Origin: Desulfobulbus propionicus DSM 2032
GTDB lineage: Bacteria; Desulfobacterota; Desulfobulbia; Desulfobulbales; Desulfobulbaceae
Length of the DNA: 32,000 bases
Assembly (NCBI RefSeq): GCF_000186885.1
Contig: NC_014972.1
Coordinates: 990,001 to 1,022,000, forward strand
Direction: 5' to 3'
In this document: positions 1-9,151 of the stretch, piece by piece
How positions within the stretch are numbered: position 1 is the first letter of the stretch
Layout of the letters: each line of letters opens with the position of its first letter
The notes under the pieces: generated by a model
What the model saw: only the letters and a program-made list of their open reading frames with translations
Told to the model about the DNA's origin: nothing
Database searches by the model: none
Made by a program: the position numbers and the translations under genes

Positions 1-735
1 CACGGCGGCGACATCACCATCTTTTCCCTGTACCGCGACGTGGTGATGCTCAAGGAGGTTGGCTGGCCGCTGGAGGTTGGTGACGCCCTGGGGCTGTCGG
101 ATGGCCGACTCAGGGCGCGGGTGGTCATGGCCCAGGGCCGGCAGAACACCAACTACGGCATCAACCTCTATGCCTGCCACCCGTTTTTCATCCAGGGCAT
201 CGCCACCATGACCAATGGCGAGAACACCGCCTTCGTGCCGATCAAGGAGTGGCTCCTGGGCAAGAACATCCCCGGCTACATCGGCTACCATTCCGATTCC
301 GAGACCTTCACCCACATCCTCCATTACATCACCAAGAAGTTGAAGCTGCCGCTGGAACTCTACAAGCACGTCATCACCCCGCTCAAAACCGAGGAGCTGG
401 ACGTGCATCCCAACGGCGATTTCCTCAAAGGGTTGCGTACCGCCTGCCGCCGTCTGATCATCGACGGACCCAACGCGGTCATCGCCACCCTCCCGGATGA
501 AACCTGCATGCTGGTGATGGATCAGAAGAAGATGCGACCGGCCACGGTCGGCGGCCGTCCCGGCGCCTGGGCCATTGCCTCCGAGATGTGCGGGGTCGAC
601 GCCATGGTTCCGGACCGTGACCCGGCCCTTGATTTTCAGCCCATGCGGCAGCACACCGTCATTATTCCACCCGAGCGAAAGGAACTCACAATATGGTCTC
701 AGTTCGATCAATTTACACTTCCCCAAGCAGCCTGA
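1..735 (+). CDS. Class-II glutamine amidotransferase-like subunit of a split (archaeal-type) glutamate synthase; 5' end lies outside the window
   Basis: Frame 1 is open from base 1 (HGGDITIFSLYRD...) and runs through listed ORF 40..735 to TGA at 733-735. It reads like the C-terminal part of a GltS-type amidotransferase domain. Genes for the FMN and GXGXG domains of glutamate synthase follow immediately. Family call is from memory of the domain, not a search. Confidence 0.7.
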   Translation, partial: HGGDITIFSLYRDVVMLKEVGWPLEVGDALGLSDGRLRARVVMAQGRQNTNYGINLYACHPFFIQGIATMTNGENTAFVPIKEWLLGKNIPGYIGYHSDSETFTHILHYITKKLKLPLELYKHVITPLKTEELDVHPNGDFLKGLRTACRRLIIDGPNAVIATLPDETCMLVMDQKKMRPATVGGRPGAWAIASEMCGVDAMVPDRDPALDFQPMRQHTVIIPPERKELTIWSQFDQFTLPQAA

Positions 736-2333
736 GTTATCACGACCTCCCCTGGATCATCGAGCACCGGGAGGATCGCTGCACGCTCTGTGGCCGCTGT
801 ACCGCGGCCTGCCCGGTGGGCGCCATCTCGCTGTCCCATTTCCGCCAGCGGGTGCCCAAGCTCGATGTGCTGCAGAAGAGGCGGGGCAGCGACTACCGCC
901 ACTTCACCGGCATCCGCCAGAGCACGGACATCGCCAAGCGGTGCATCGGCTGCGGCATGTGCGCCTCGGTGTGTCCGAACGAGGCCATCGGCCCGCACGC
1001 CAACGACAACGAGCACCGGTCGGTCTTCCTCCTCAACCAGAAGGGCGAGGCCTACAAGCGCGGCGGCCGGCGTAACGTCCCCGGCCGGACCGTGCTCGAC
1101 CGCATCTCGTTCGGCCGTATTTCCATGCTCACCGATCCGGCGCTCGATGCCGGCCGCCACGAGTTCAACATCAATACCATCCTTGGCCGGGTGCTGCCGC
1201 CGGAGGAGTTTCTCCGCCGCAAGCTGGCCGGCGAGTGGATTCCGCCCACCCGCGAGATCTTCCCGTTCGTCATCGGCTCGATGTCGTTCGGTGCCCTGTC
1301 GCCCAACATGTGGCTCGGCCTGTTGCAGGGCGTGGCCTACTGCAACGAGGTGCTGGGCATTCCGGTGGTCATGGCCACCGGCGAGGGCGGCTGTCCGCCC
1401 TGGGTGCTGAAGAGCCCGTTTTTGAAATACATCATCTTGCAGATTGCCTCCGGCTACTTCGGCTGGGACGAGATCATCCGCGCCATTCCGGAGATGCAGT
1501 GCGATCCGGCGGCTATCGAGATCAAGTACGGCCAGGGCGCCAAGCCCGGCGATGGCGGTCTGCTGATGTGGTTCAAAGTCAGCAAGCTAATCGCCCGGCT
1601 GCGCGGCGTGCCCGAGGGAGTCGATCTGCCCTCGCCGCCGGTGCATCAGACGCTCTACTCCATCGAGGAGAGCGTCATGAAGATGATCCAGACCATGTCC
1701 ATGGCCTTCGGCTTCCGGGTGCCGGTCTATCCCAAGATCTCCGGTTCAACCTCGGCCAAGTCGGTGCTCAACAACCTGGTGCGCAACCCCTATGCCGGCG
1801 GTCTGTTGATCGACGGCATCGACGGCGGCACCGGCGCGGCCTACAACGTCAGCATGGACGCCACCGGCCACCCGATCGCCTCCAACCTGCGCGAATGCTA
1901 TCTCGATCTGGTCCGCCAGGGGCGGCAAAACGAGATTCCGTTGTTCGCCGCCGGCGGCATCGGCAAGAACGGCAACGTCGCCCAGAACGGCATGGCCCTG
2001 ATCATGCTCGGCGCCTCCGGCGTGCACATCGGCAAATACATCATGCAGGCGACCGCCGGCTGCCTGGGCAACGAGAAGGGCCGGTGCAACGTGTGCAACG
2101 TCGGCCTCTGTCCCAAGGGCATCACCAGCCAGAATCCCAAGCTCTATCGCCGCCTCGATCCCGACGATGTCGCCCAGCGGGTGGTCGACGTGTTCATGGC
2201 CATCCGCACCGAGATCAAGAAGATCATGGCGCCGCTCGGCCGCTCCCAGAGTCTGCCCATCGGCATGTCCGATGCACTGGGCATTGACGACAAGGCCATC
2301 GCCGAACGGCTGCAGATCAACTACATCTGCTGA
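693..2333 (+). CDS. Glutamate synthase FMN-binding (GltB central TIM-barrel) domain protein with N-terminal 2x[4Fe-4S] ferredoxin domain
   Basis: 546-aa ORF. Two CxxCxxCxxxCP motifs (CTLCGRCTAACP, CIGCGMCASVCP) are followed by glutamate-synthase FMN-domain signatures (FVIGSMSFGALS, IEIKYGQGAKPGDGG, LLIDGIDGGTGAA, FAAGGIG). AAGGAA lies about 9 nt upstream of ATG 693. The gene overlaps the upstream gene by 43 nt. Confidence 0.85.
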   Translation: MVSVRSIYTSPSSLSYHDLPWIIEHREDRCTLCGRCTAACPVGAISLSHFRQRVPKLDVLQKRRGSDYRHFTGIRQSTDIAKRCIGCGMCASVCPNEAIGPHANDNEHRSVFLLNQKGEAYKRGGRRNVPGRTVLDRISFGRISMLTDPALDAGRHEFNINTILGRVLPPEEFLRRKLAGEWIPPTREIFPFVIGSMSFGALSPNMWLGLLQGVAYCNEVLGIPVVMATGEGGCPPWVLKSPFLKYIILQIASGYFGWDEIIRAIPEMQCDPAAIEIKYGQGAKPGDGGLLMWFKVSKLIARLRGVPEGVDLPSPPVHQTLYSIEESVMKMIQTMSMAFGFRVPVYPKISGSTSAKSVLNNLVRNPYAGGLLIDGIDGGTGAAYNVSMDATGHPIASNLRECYLDLVRQGRQNEIPLFAAGGIGKNGNVAQNGMALIMLGASGVHIGKYIMQATAGCLGNEKGRCNVCNVGLCPKGITSQNPKLYRRLDPDDVAQRVVDVFMAIRTEIKKIMAPLGRSQSLPIGMSDALGIDDKAIAERLQINYIC

Positions 2334-2365
2334 GACAGGACTTCAGTACAGGATTCTTAGACACC

Positions 2366-4726
2366 ATGAGCGAAACAAAACCTACCCTACTCACAGTCCG
2401 CGGCCGGGATGCCAACAACCAGCGGATTTCGTCCAAGGACTTCGAGGCCGAGGTCCGGGGCGCGGCGGCCGTTGCCGATGAATTGATCCTCGAATCCTAT
2501 GGCCAGCACAACATCGGTCTGCGGCTGGGGTCCCTGGAGCGGCCCCTGACCATCCGGGTCAAGGGACCGGCCGGCCAGCGGTTGGGCTGCATGGGCCTGC
2601 CGGGCGCGACCATCATCTGCGAGGGCGCGGCCTCGGACGATGTCGGCTACCTCAACATCGGTGCCGACATCATCGTCAAGGGCGATGCCACCAACGGCGC
2701 GTGCAACGCCATGGCCGGCGGCCGGGTGATGATCGGCGGCTCGATCGGCGCCCGCGGCCTGACCATGACCAAGTGGAACCCGGATTACCAGCGGCCCGAA
2801 ATGTGGGTGCTCGGTTCGGTGGGCGACACCTTTGCCGAGTTCAACTGCGGCGGTCTGGGCGTGGTCTGCGGCATCGATCCCAAAAACCCGGACAATGTGC
2901 TCGGTTACCGGCCCTGCGTGGGCATGGTTGGCGGCAAGATCTTCTTCCGCGGCAAGACCGACGGCTCCTATTCGGCCACCAACGCCAAGCTGATCCCGCC
3001 CAGCGACGAGGACTGGCAGTGGTTGAGCGAGCGGATGCCCGAATTTCTCGCCAAGATCGGGCGGCCCGATTTGTTGGCCGTCCTGTCGGTGCGCGAGGAG
3101 TGGCACGTGCTCTCCGCCATCACCCCGCAGGAGCGGGCCCTGATGTTCTCCGGCCCCATGCCCATGGCCGAGTTTCGGCGGCGGATCTGGGACCAGGGCT
3201 TCGGCGGTGGCGACCCGCTGCGCGACATTGCCCCGGGCCTGGAGCGCAGCGTCATCGGCGTGATCGAGCCCGGTGAATTCCGCCGCAAGAAACCCTTCTG
3301 GGCCAACCGCGACGCGGCTGCGCCCTGTACGTTCTACTGCCCGATCCACATCCCGACCATCGACCGGCTGCGTCTGATCCGCGAGGGCCGCGCCGACGAA
3401 GCCTACGAGATGCTGCTGCGCTACACGCCGTTCCCGGCCTCGGTTTGCGGCACCATTTGCCCCAACCTCTGCATCCAGAACTGTTCGCGCGAGAAGATCG
3501 ACTACTCGATCGACGCCTCGGTGCTCGGCCGCTCGGTGCGGGCGGTGGAGCCGCCCGAGGCCAAGCCGGCCAGCGGTAAACGGGTGGCGATCATCGGCGG
3601 CGGCCCGGCAGGCATGGCCGTGGCCTGGCATCTGGCCCTGAACGGCATCGAGGCCCATATCTTCGAGCGCGACACCCAGTTAGGGGGCAAATTGGCCCAG
3701 ACCATCCCCTGGGAGCGGCTTTCGCGCGCGGTCTGGGACGTGGAGGTCGATCGTTTCCTCAAGGCTGAAAACCTCCATGTCAACCTGGGCGTCAGTTTGA
3801 GCAAGGACAAGGTTGAGGCACTGAAGAACGAGTTCGACGCGGTGGTGGTGGCGGTCGGCACCCACCAGCCGCGCACCCTCAGCTTTCCCGGCAGCGAACG
3901 GGTCATCCCGGCGCTCGACTACCTCAAGGCAGCCAAGAGCGATGCACCCATGGCCACCGGCAAGCAGGTGGTGATCATCGGCGCGGGCAACGTCGGCTGC
4001 GATGTCGCCGCCGAGGCCTACCGTCTGGGCGCCGATCAGGTGGTGCTGGTCGATATCCAGAAACCGCTGGCCTTCGGCAAGGAGCGGGCTGCGGCCGAGG
4101 CCCTGGGCGCCACTTTCCATTGGCCGTTCATGACCCGCGAGGTCACCGCCGAAGGGGTGGTCGGTGCCGACGGCACCCTGCTGCCAGCGCAGACGGTGAT
4201 CATCTCCATTGGCGACATCCCCAGCCTACCCTTCCTGCCCGATTCGGTGGACGTGGTCAAGGTGGCAGGCGCCTCCTGGATCAAGACCGACGAGGCCGGC
4301 CGCACCAGCGATCCCAAGATCCTGGCCGTGGGCGATGTCGAACGGCCCGGTCTGGCCACCAATGCCCTGGGGGCCGGCAAGCGGACCGCCGAGTATCTGA
4401 TCGCCGCCTTCAAGGGCGAAGAGTGGGTGCCGTTCCGGCAGCGGCTGATCAACTACGAGGATCTGACCCTGGCCCACTACGATCCGTGCGCCGACCGGGG
4501 GGCCACCGACGACCAGCAGGCGGCCCGCTGCTTGAGCTGCGGTTCCTGCCGCGACTGCCACCTGTGCGAGACCATCTGTCCGACCGGGGCCATCTACCGC
4601 CGGGAGATCACCCCCGGCCCGGACGGCGTCGATTACGAGTACGTCTCGGATGACGACAAGTGCATTGCCTGCGGCTTCTGCGCCGATACCTGTCCCTGCG
4701 GCATCTGGGTCCTGCGGCCGTTCTGA
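2366..4726 (+). CDS. Fusion protein: glutamate synthase GXGXG domain + GltD-like FAD/NAD(P)-dependent oxidoreductase + C-terminal 2x[4Fe-4S] ferredoxin
   Basis: 786-aa ORF. The N-terminal ~250 aa have the repetitive beta-helix GXGXG pattern (GPAGQRLGCMGLPG..., GGRVMIGGSIGARG). The middle has GltD-type Fe-S cysteines (CTFYCP, CGTICPNLCIQNC). Dinucleotide folds are VAIIGGGPAGMAVA and VVIIGAGNVGCDVA. The C-terminus has CLSCGSCRDCHLCETICP and CIACGFCADTCP. Confidence 0.85.
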   Translation: MSETKPTLLTVRGRDANNQRISSKDFEAEVRGAAAVADELILESYGQHNIGLRLGSLERPLTIRVKGPAGQRLGCMGLPGATIICEGAASDDVGYLNIGADIIVKGDATNGACNAMAGGRVMIGGSIGARGLTMTKWNPDYQRPEMWVLGSVGDTFAEFNCGGLGVVCGIDPKNPDNVLGYRPCVGMVGGKIFFRGKTDGSYSATNAKLIPPSDEDWQWLSERMPEFLAKIGRPDLLAVLSVREEWHVLSAITPQERALMFSGPMPMAEFRRRIWDQGFGGGDPLRDIAPGLERSVIGVIEPGEFRRKKPFWANRDAAAPCTFYCPIHIPTIDRLRLIREGRADEAYEMLLRYTPFPASVCGTICPNLCIQNCSREKIDYSIDASVLGRSVRAVEPPEAKPASGKRVAIIGGGPAGMAVAWHLALNGIEAHIFERDTQLGGKLAQTIPWERLSRAVWDVEVDRFLKAENLHVNLGVSLSKDKVEALKNEFDAVVVAVGTHQPRTLSFPGSERVIPALDYLKAAKSDAPMATGKQVVIIGAGNVGCDVAAEAYRLGADQVVLVDIQKPLAFGKERAAAEALGATFHWPFMTREVTAEGVVGADGTLLPAQTVIISIGDIPSLPFLPDSVDVVKVAGASWIKTDEAGRTSDPKILAVGDVERPGLATNALGAGKRTAEYLIAAFKGEEWVPFRQRLINYEDLTLAHYDPCADRGATDDQQAARCLSCGSCRDCHLCETICPTGAIYRREITPGPDGVDYEYVSDDDKCIACGFCADTCPCGIWVLRPF

Positions 4727-4759
4727 TTCCAATTCGCTGTCAAGTTGTCCTGTAGCCGT

Positions 4760-4790
4760 CGGTGGGCTCGCGTTTTTCGCGTGCCCACCG
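4760..4790 (+). other. 13-bp stem-loop (one T:T mismatch, TTTTT loop) in the 3' UTR of the glutamate-synthase-like cluster; no U-tract
   Basis: cggtgggctcgcg-ttttt-cgcgtgcccaccg read directly. It lies 34 nt after the stop at 4726 and is followed by attcccgg, so it is not a classical intrinsic terminator. Confidence 0.5.
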
Positions 4791-4903
4791 ATTCCCGGCG
4801 GGCAAACGAGGCTGCTTGCCCACCCCCTGCATCTATAAGAAAAGAGGCGTATCCTGAAAGGCAAGGGCGAATAAGCGCTTGTTTTTCTTGTTTGAAACGC
4901 AAA

Positions 4904-4942
4904 CAGCCCCGGACCGCACTGCGGTCCGGGGCTGTTTTGTCT
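4904..4942. terminator. Bidirectional rho-independent terminator between convergent genes
   Basis: Perfect 14-bp stem cagccccggaccgc / gcggtccggggctg with a 3-nt loop (4904-4934). It is followed by TTTTGTCTGTT on + and by TTTGCGTTTC on -. It sits between the + gene ending at 4726 and the - gene ending at 4965. Confidence 0.85.
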
Positions 4943-4964
4943 GTTCGCCACTGGCTGGGGGCGC

Positions 4965-5132
4965 CTAGGCCTGGTGCTCCGCCGCCTCGACCGCCCGCTT
5001 GAACCGTTCGGTGGAAAAGCGCAGCTGGCAGCCAGGGCAGCAGTTGCCGGGCTTTTTGAACCAACCGACGGTATTGGTGATCTTGATGCCGCATTTCGGG
5101 CAGGTCACGGTGATCGTTTTGTCGTCCATCAT
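4965..5132 (-). CDS. Small zinc-ribbon protein (55 aa), function unknown
   Basis: Trimmed from ORF 4965..5213 to ATG at 5130-5132, which is preceded by AAGGAGAAGC. The product MMDDKTITVTCPKCGIKITNTVGWFKKPGNCCPGCQLRF... carries CPKC ... CPGC (two CxxC pairs). Codon usage is typical of the window. Confidence 0.7.
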   Translation of the reverse strand: MMDDKTITVTCPKCGIKITNTVGWFKKPGNCCPGCQLRFSTERFKRAVEAAEHQA

Positions 5133-5340
5133 GCTTCTCCTTGCAAAATTAAAAAGAATGGAGGGGAGGTAACGCTCCGCATCAACGGCGTGTGTGCGTC
5201 GCGTCTGTTGCAACTCTTGGGTTATTGGCGCATGTGTTCAAAACCACGTTGCCCCGCGCCCCATATCATGCCGTGTATCGCCTCTGATCGCGCTGATGGC
5301 GGAGGTTTGTTTCCGCGTCTGTTCCCGCCGCGCAAGGGGC

Positions 5341-8300
5341 TTATTCGCGTTCCAATGCCTCGCGCACCTTGGCGGCCAGGTTGTGAATCGAAAACGGTTT
5401 CTGGATGAAAACAACCCCCTCGTCGAGCACACCGTGATGGGCAATGATGTCGGCCGTGTAGCCTGAGGCAAACAGGTATTTCAGGCCGGGCCTGAGGGCG
5501 CGGAGAGCGTGCGCCAGGTCCCGTCCATTCATTTCCGGCATGACCACGTCGGTAACGACGAGCTGAATCTCGCCGGGATGGGCGGTGGCCTGATCGATCG
5601 CCTCGCCGGGGGTATTGGCGGTCAACACGGTGTAGCCCAGTGTTTCGAGCATCTCCCGGCCCACATCCAGAATCATCGCCTCGTCTTCCACCAGCAGCAC
5701 CGTCTCGCCGTGCCCCTTGGGCGGATGGGCGCCGGGTTCGGTCAGTGGGTCGCTGTTTTCCCCCGCAAACCGGGGCAGGTAGATCTTGAAGGTCGTGCCC
5801 TTGGCCGGTTCGCTGTAGACATGGATGAAGCCATTGTTCTGCTTGACGATGCCATAGACCGTGGCCAGTCCCAGACCGGTGCCCTTGCCTGGCTCCTTGG
5901 TGGTGAAAAACGGTTCGAAAATGTGGGCAAGGGTGTCCTTGTCCATGCCGTCGCCGTTGTCGCTCACCGCCAGCATCACATATTCTCCGGGAACAAAGTC
6001 CGGATGCACGGCGCAGTAGGAAGCATCGAAGGTGGCATTCCCGGTTTCGATGACCACCTTGCCCACCCCGGAGATCGCGTCCCGGGCGTTGACGCACAGG
6101 TTGGCTAGCAATTGGTCGATCTGGGAGGGGTCGATCTTGATCGGCCACAGATCGATTTTGGGGATCCAGACAAGATCGATGTCTTCCCCCATCAACCGTT
6201 GCAGCATCCGCAGCAGGCTGGCCGCGGTCTCGTTCATGTCCAGCACCTTGGGCGCCACGGTTTGTTTACGGGCAAAGGCCAGCAGCTGGCTGACAAGGTC
6301 GGCGGACCGGAGGGCGGACTGCTCGATCACCTCAAGCCGGGCATGGATCGGATCGTTCGGGGCGCACAGCCGCATCGCCAGTTCCGCATGGCCGAGGATG
6401 GCGGAGAGCATGTTGTTGAAATCATGCGCCACGCCGCCGGCCAGGCGGCCGACGGACTCCAGTTTCTGCGCCTGGCTGAGCTGCTCCCGCAATTTTTCAC
6501 GCTCCTCGGCCGCCTGCTGGCGCTCGGTGATGTCTTCCGATATGCCGAGGAGGTAGGCGGGGCTGCCGTTATCGCCCATCACCGGTATTTTCTTGGTGTG
6601 CAGGATGCGCCGGCCCGCCCTGGTGTCGATCACCTCCTCGGCGATGTCCACGAGCTGGCCTCCTTTCAGCACCTCCCTGTCCTTGCGGATAAAGAAATCG
6701 GCCTGCTCCGTGGGGAAAAAATCGTAATCGTTCTTGCCGATAAGGTCCTCCCGTCGGTATCCCAGCAGTTCCTCGCCGGCCCGATTGAAGCGGACAAATC
6801 GCAGGTCCTTGGCATCCTTGATGAAGATCATGTTCGGAAGATTTTCGAGAATCGAGGAGAGGAATTCCTGGCTTTGGCGCAGCGATTCTTCCGCCCGCTT
6901 GCGTTCGGTGATGTCTTCCACCACGCCCAGGACATATTGCATTGCGCCGCGTTCATCCCGCACGCAACCCACGGACAGGTTGACGACAATGGTGGTCCCA
7001 TCCTTGCGGAGGAAGCGCTTTTCCAGGGCGTAGTCATTGATCTCGCCGGCCAGGAGCCGGCCAAACAGGTTCAGGTCGGCGGCTAGGTCGTCCGGATGGG
7101 TCAGTTTCGCCCAATCCAGCAGCTCCAGTTCCTCGCGGGAGTAACCCGTCATGCGGCAGAACCGGTCATTGACCTGCAGCCAGCCCTTGTCGGGCGAGGT
7201 GATCGCCATTCCCACGATCTGGCGTTCAAAGAAGAGGCGCATCTGCTCCTCGCTGCGCTGCAGGGCCCGTTCGGCCCTGCGCTGGTGGACGACGGCGACA
7301 CCGAGCAGGACCACAAGCACGCCCAGGACGGTCACGACCAGGACCGTGGCCCAGACGAGCTCCTTGTGCGTGTCGTACAACGAATCCGGGCGGTTGATGA
7401 CAATCGTGTCCGGCGGGAGTTTGGCCAAGGGGATGCGAAACCGTTCGAGTTGCCGGTAATCAACCATATAGCGGTTGGCTTCAACGCCAGCTATGACCGG
7501 AATCCGCTCGATCCGTTCGCCGTTGAGAATGCGCAGCGCCAGGTGTCCGGCCATCTGGCCCTGCCGATAGCCGCTGACCAGCTTGCCGCCCACGATGCCG
7601 TGGCCGAGATACACATCCCACAGGGAATAGGCGGGCACGTTGCTGTGCCGCGAGATCCATGCGGTGGTTTCGCCGTACATCATCTGCCGGCCGGTTTCGT
7701 CGCTGATCAGGCCGTTGATGAACAGGACCGAACCGCTGTCCAGTTTTTCCAACCGGGCCGCCAGTTCAGGGCCCGGCAGATCGTCCCAGAAACGGACTTG
7801 CAGCTGCTGCGGCAGTTTGGGGAGCGCGGCGACGAAACTTTCCCGATTCAGCTTGTCCGCCGCCACGGTACTGCGGCCGATCACGATGATTTTTTTGGTG
7901 TCGGGGTGGAGGCGGAGCGCAAGATCCACCGTTTCCACGACGGAAAGCTCTTCGGCCACGCCAGTGATTGCCGGATGGCGGGCGAGGGTGGTGGGCTGCA
8001 CATCGTTGATCCCGCAAAAGACGATCGGGACCCCGGGGAAGAGGTGTTGACCTTGTTCGAGGATGAGGTCGAGGGCCTGGTTGTCCGCAACCATCACCAG
8101 GTTGGGCGTGGCGCGTTGAATTTTGGCGAGCACCAACTCCCGGATCCTGGTGGAGAACCTGGGCTCCGGATATCGCCGGGCATCGAGATATTCGGCGGTC
8201 AACTGGATGCTGGGGTCCTGGCCGACAAGGGTGTCGCGGATACCGCTCATGATCGCGTCGGTCCAGGTGAGGCCGGAGTGGTAGGAATGGATGATGAGCA

Positions 8301-8403
8301 CCTGGTTTTTGCCTTGCGGCAGTCCGGCTCGTACCGGCAAGGACGCCAGCAGCAACAACAACCCCATGAAAATCGGCTTGAGCAGGCGTATGCGCATGTT
8401 CAT
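5341..8403 (-). CDS. Hybrid sensor histidine kinase/response regulator with periplasmic ABC-type substrate-binding-like sensor domain and two PAS domains
   Basis: Start moved from 8880 to ATG 8401-8403 (GGGAGAG upstream; product begins [26 protein letters not shown], a signal/TM segment). The periplasmic region resembles the ABC_sub_bind family ([41 protein letters not shown]). A second TM is [21 protein letters not shown], followed by two PAS-like segments. Kinase and receiver motifs are H-box VAHDFNNML, ATPase motifs DNGDGMD/GTGLGLA, and receiver VLLVEDE...[12 protein letters not shown]. Confidence 0.9.
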   Translation of the reverse strand: MNMRIRLLKPIFMGLLLLLASLPVRAGLPQGKNQVLIIHSYHSGLTWTDAIMSGIRDTLVGQDPSIQLTAEYLDARRYPEPRFSTRIRELVLAKIQRATPNLVMVADNQALDLILEQGQHLFPGVPIVFCGINDVQPTTLARHPAITGVAEELSVVETVDLALRLHPDTKKIIVIGRSTVAADKLNRESFVAALPKLPQQLQVRFWDDLPGPELAARLEKLDSGSVLFINGLISDETGRQMMYGETTAWISRHSNVPAYSLWDVYLGHGIVGGKLVSGYRQGQMAGHLALRILNGERIERIPVIAGVEANRYMVDYRQLERFRIPLAKLPPDTIVINRPDSLYDTHKELVWATVLVVTVLGVLVVLLGVAVVHQRRAERALQRSEEQMRLFFERQIVGMAITSPDKGWLQVNDRFCRMTGYSREELELLDWAKLTHPDDLAADLNLFGRLLAGEINDYALEKRFLRKDGTTIVVNLSVGCVRDERGAMQYVLGVVEDITERKRAEESLRQSQEFLSSILENLPNMIFIKDAKDLRFVRFNRAGEELLGYRREDLIGKNDYDFFPTEQADFFIRKDREVLKGGQLVDIAEEVIDTRAGRRILHTKKIPVMGDNGSPAYLLGISEDITERQQAAEEREKLREQLSQAQKLESVGRLAGGVAHDFNNMLSAILGHAELAMRLCAPNDPIHARLEVIEQSALRSADLVSQLLAFARKQTVAPKVLDMNETAASLLRMLQRLMGEDIDLVWIPKIDLWPIKIDPSQIDQLLANLCVNARDAISGVGKVVIETGNATFDASYCAVHPDFVPGEYVMLAVSDNGDGMDKDTLAHIFEPFFTTKEPGKGTGLGLATVYGIVKQNNGFIHVYSEPAKGTTFKIYLPRFAGENSDPLTEPGAHPPKGHGETVLLVEDEAMILDVGREMLETLGYTVLTANTPGEAIDQATAHPGEIQLVVTDVVMPEMNGRDLAHALRALRPGLKYLFASGYTADIIAHHGVLDEGVVFIQKPFSIHNLAAKVREALERE

Positions 8404-8695
8404 CAACTCTCCCACCCTGTGTTGGCGCCGCCTCACCCGGAGGGGCAATGAGCGCTCGTGCTCCGGAACCACGGCGGCTAGGCGGGGGGAGCGTGGATTG
8501 CCTCCGATGTGTACAGCCTTGGCGCGCTTCCACTCCCCCATCCGTTCCCGCCCACGGGGGCCTACTGTACCCAATTCTGGCACGCCTGGCCAAGATTTCT
8601 TCTCCAGGCCTGCGAACGGGTTTCTTCGGTGAGACGGGAAACTTCCCAGAGCATCGTTTATTCGGCGGCCGGCACAGGCAAGGAAAAGGAGGGCC

Positions 8696-8749
8696 GGAGA
8701 GGCGCACGGTTGGCCATCGGGCGGCAGGGGAGGCGGCTGCGCCCTCTCC
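8696..8749 (-). terminator. Possible weak terminator / long-loop hairpin after the LprI-like gene
   Basis: The inverted repeat ggagaggcgca (8696-8706) / tgcgccctctcc (8738-8749) has one extra C and a 31-nt spacer. It starts about 10 nt after the stop at 8759. On the minus strand it is followed by CCTCCTTTTCC. The long loop and poor U-tract make it weak. Confidence 0.3.
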
Positions 8750-8758
8750 CATGACGCA

Positions 8759-9151
8759 TCACTCCTTGAACCCTTCGAGTTCCTGGGCGCGAGACGCCGT
8801 GGCCGACAGGAAACAGTCATTGGTGCGAACCGTGGCCATCGTTCCGCCGTCGGGATCGGCATGGAAATGGCAATGTGCATCCCGAAATTTTATCCAAGCC
8901 CGCTGGGCATCTTGCAGTTGTTTCTGCCGCGTCTCGGAAAGTTGCGCCATCACTTCCTTGTACGCTTTGTTGAGGCGCTCGTCTTGCCGTTTTGTTTCCG
9001 CTCCGATGCATTCGATCATTTCAACCGTCACGCCGCCAGAGGCGTCCATACAGGCAGCAAATTCCTTGGTCAAACCACTGTCGTCAGCCGAGGCGATCCG
9101 GGCAAGACAACACAGCACCAATCCGGCCATGAAAATTTTCTGGGCAATCAC
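8759..9151 (-). CDS. Secreted LprI/DUF1311-family (lysozyme-inhibitor-like) protein
   Basis: Start trimmed to GTG 9149-9151, which lies 5 nt after GAGGAGG. The product begins (M)IAQKIFMAGLVLCCLARIASA, a signal peptide. The DUF1311 pattern is present: C...ECIGAETKRQDERLNKAYKEVMAQL...LQDAQRAWIKFRDAHC. Confidence 0.8.
   Translation of the reverse strand: MIAQKIFMAGLVLCCLARIASADDSGLTKEFAACMDASGGVTVEMIECIGAETKRQDERLNKAYKEVMAQLSETRQKQLQDAQRAWIKFRDAHCHFHADPDGGTMATVRTNDCFLSATASRAQELEGFKE

Noticed and set aside
8578-8593. TGGCACG...GCC sequence resembling a sigma54 -24/-12 promoter
   Set aside because: The GG-to-GC spacing is off by one relative to TGGCAC-N5-TTGC. It lies on the + strand pointing into the 3' end of a minus-strand gene, with nothing downstream to transcribe.
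8509-8754. 81-aa + strand ORF inside the kinase upstream region
   Set aside because: It has no RBS and a Pro/Arg/Gly-rich composition. It lies in a region flanked by minus-strand genes and shows no motif.
8404-8880. 159-codon N-terminal extension of the sensor kinase ORF (track start 8880)
   Set aside because: The extension is Pro/Arg-rich with no kinase-related sequence and would overlap the LprI-like gene. An ATG at 8403 with a GGGAGAG RBS is followed directly by a signal/TM segment.
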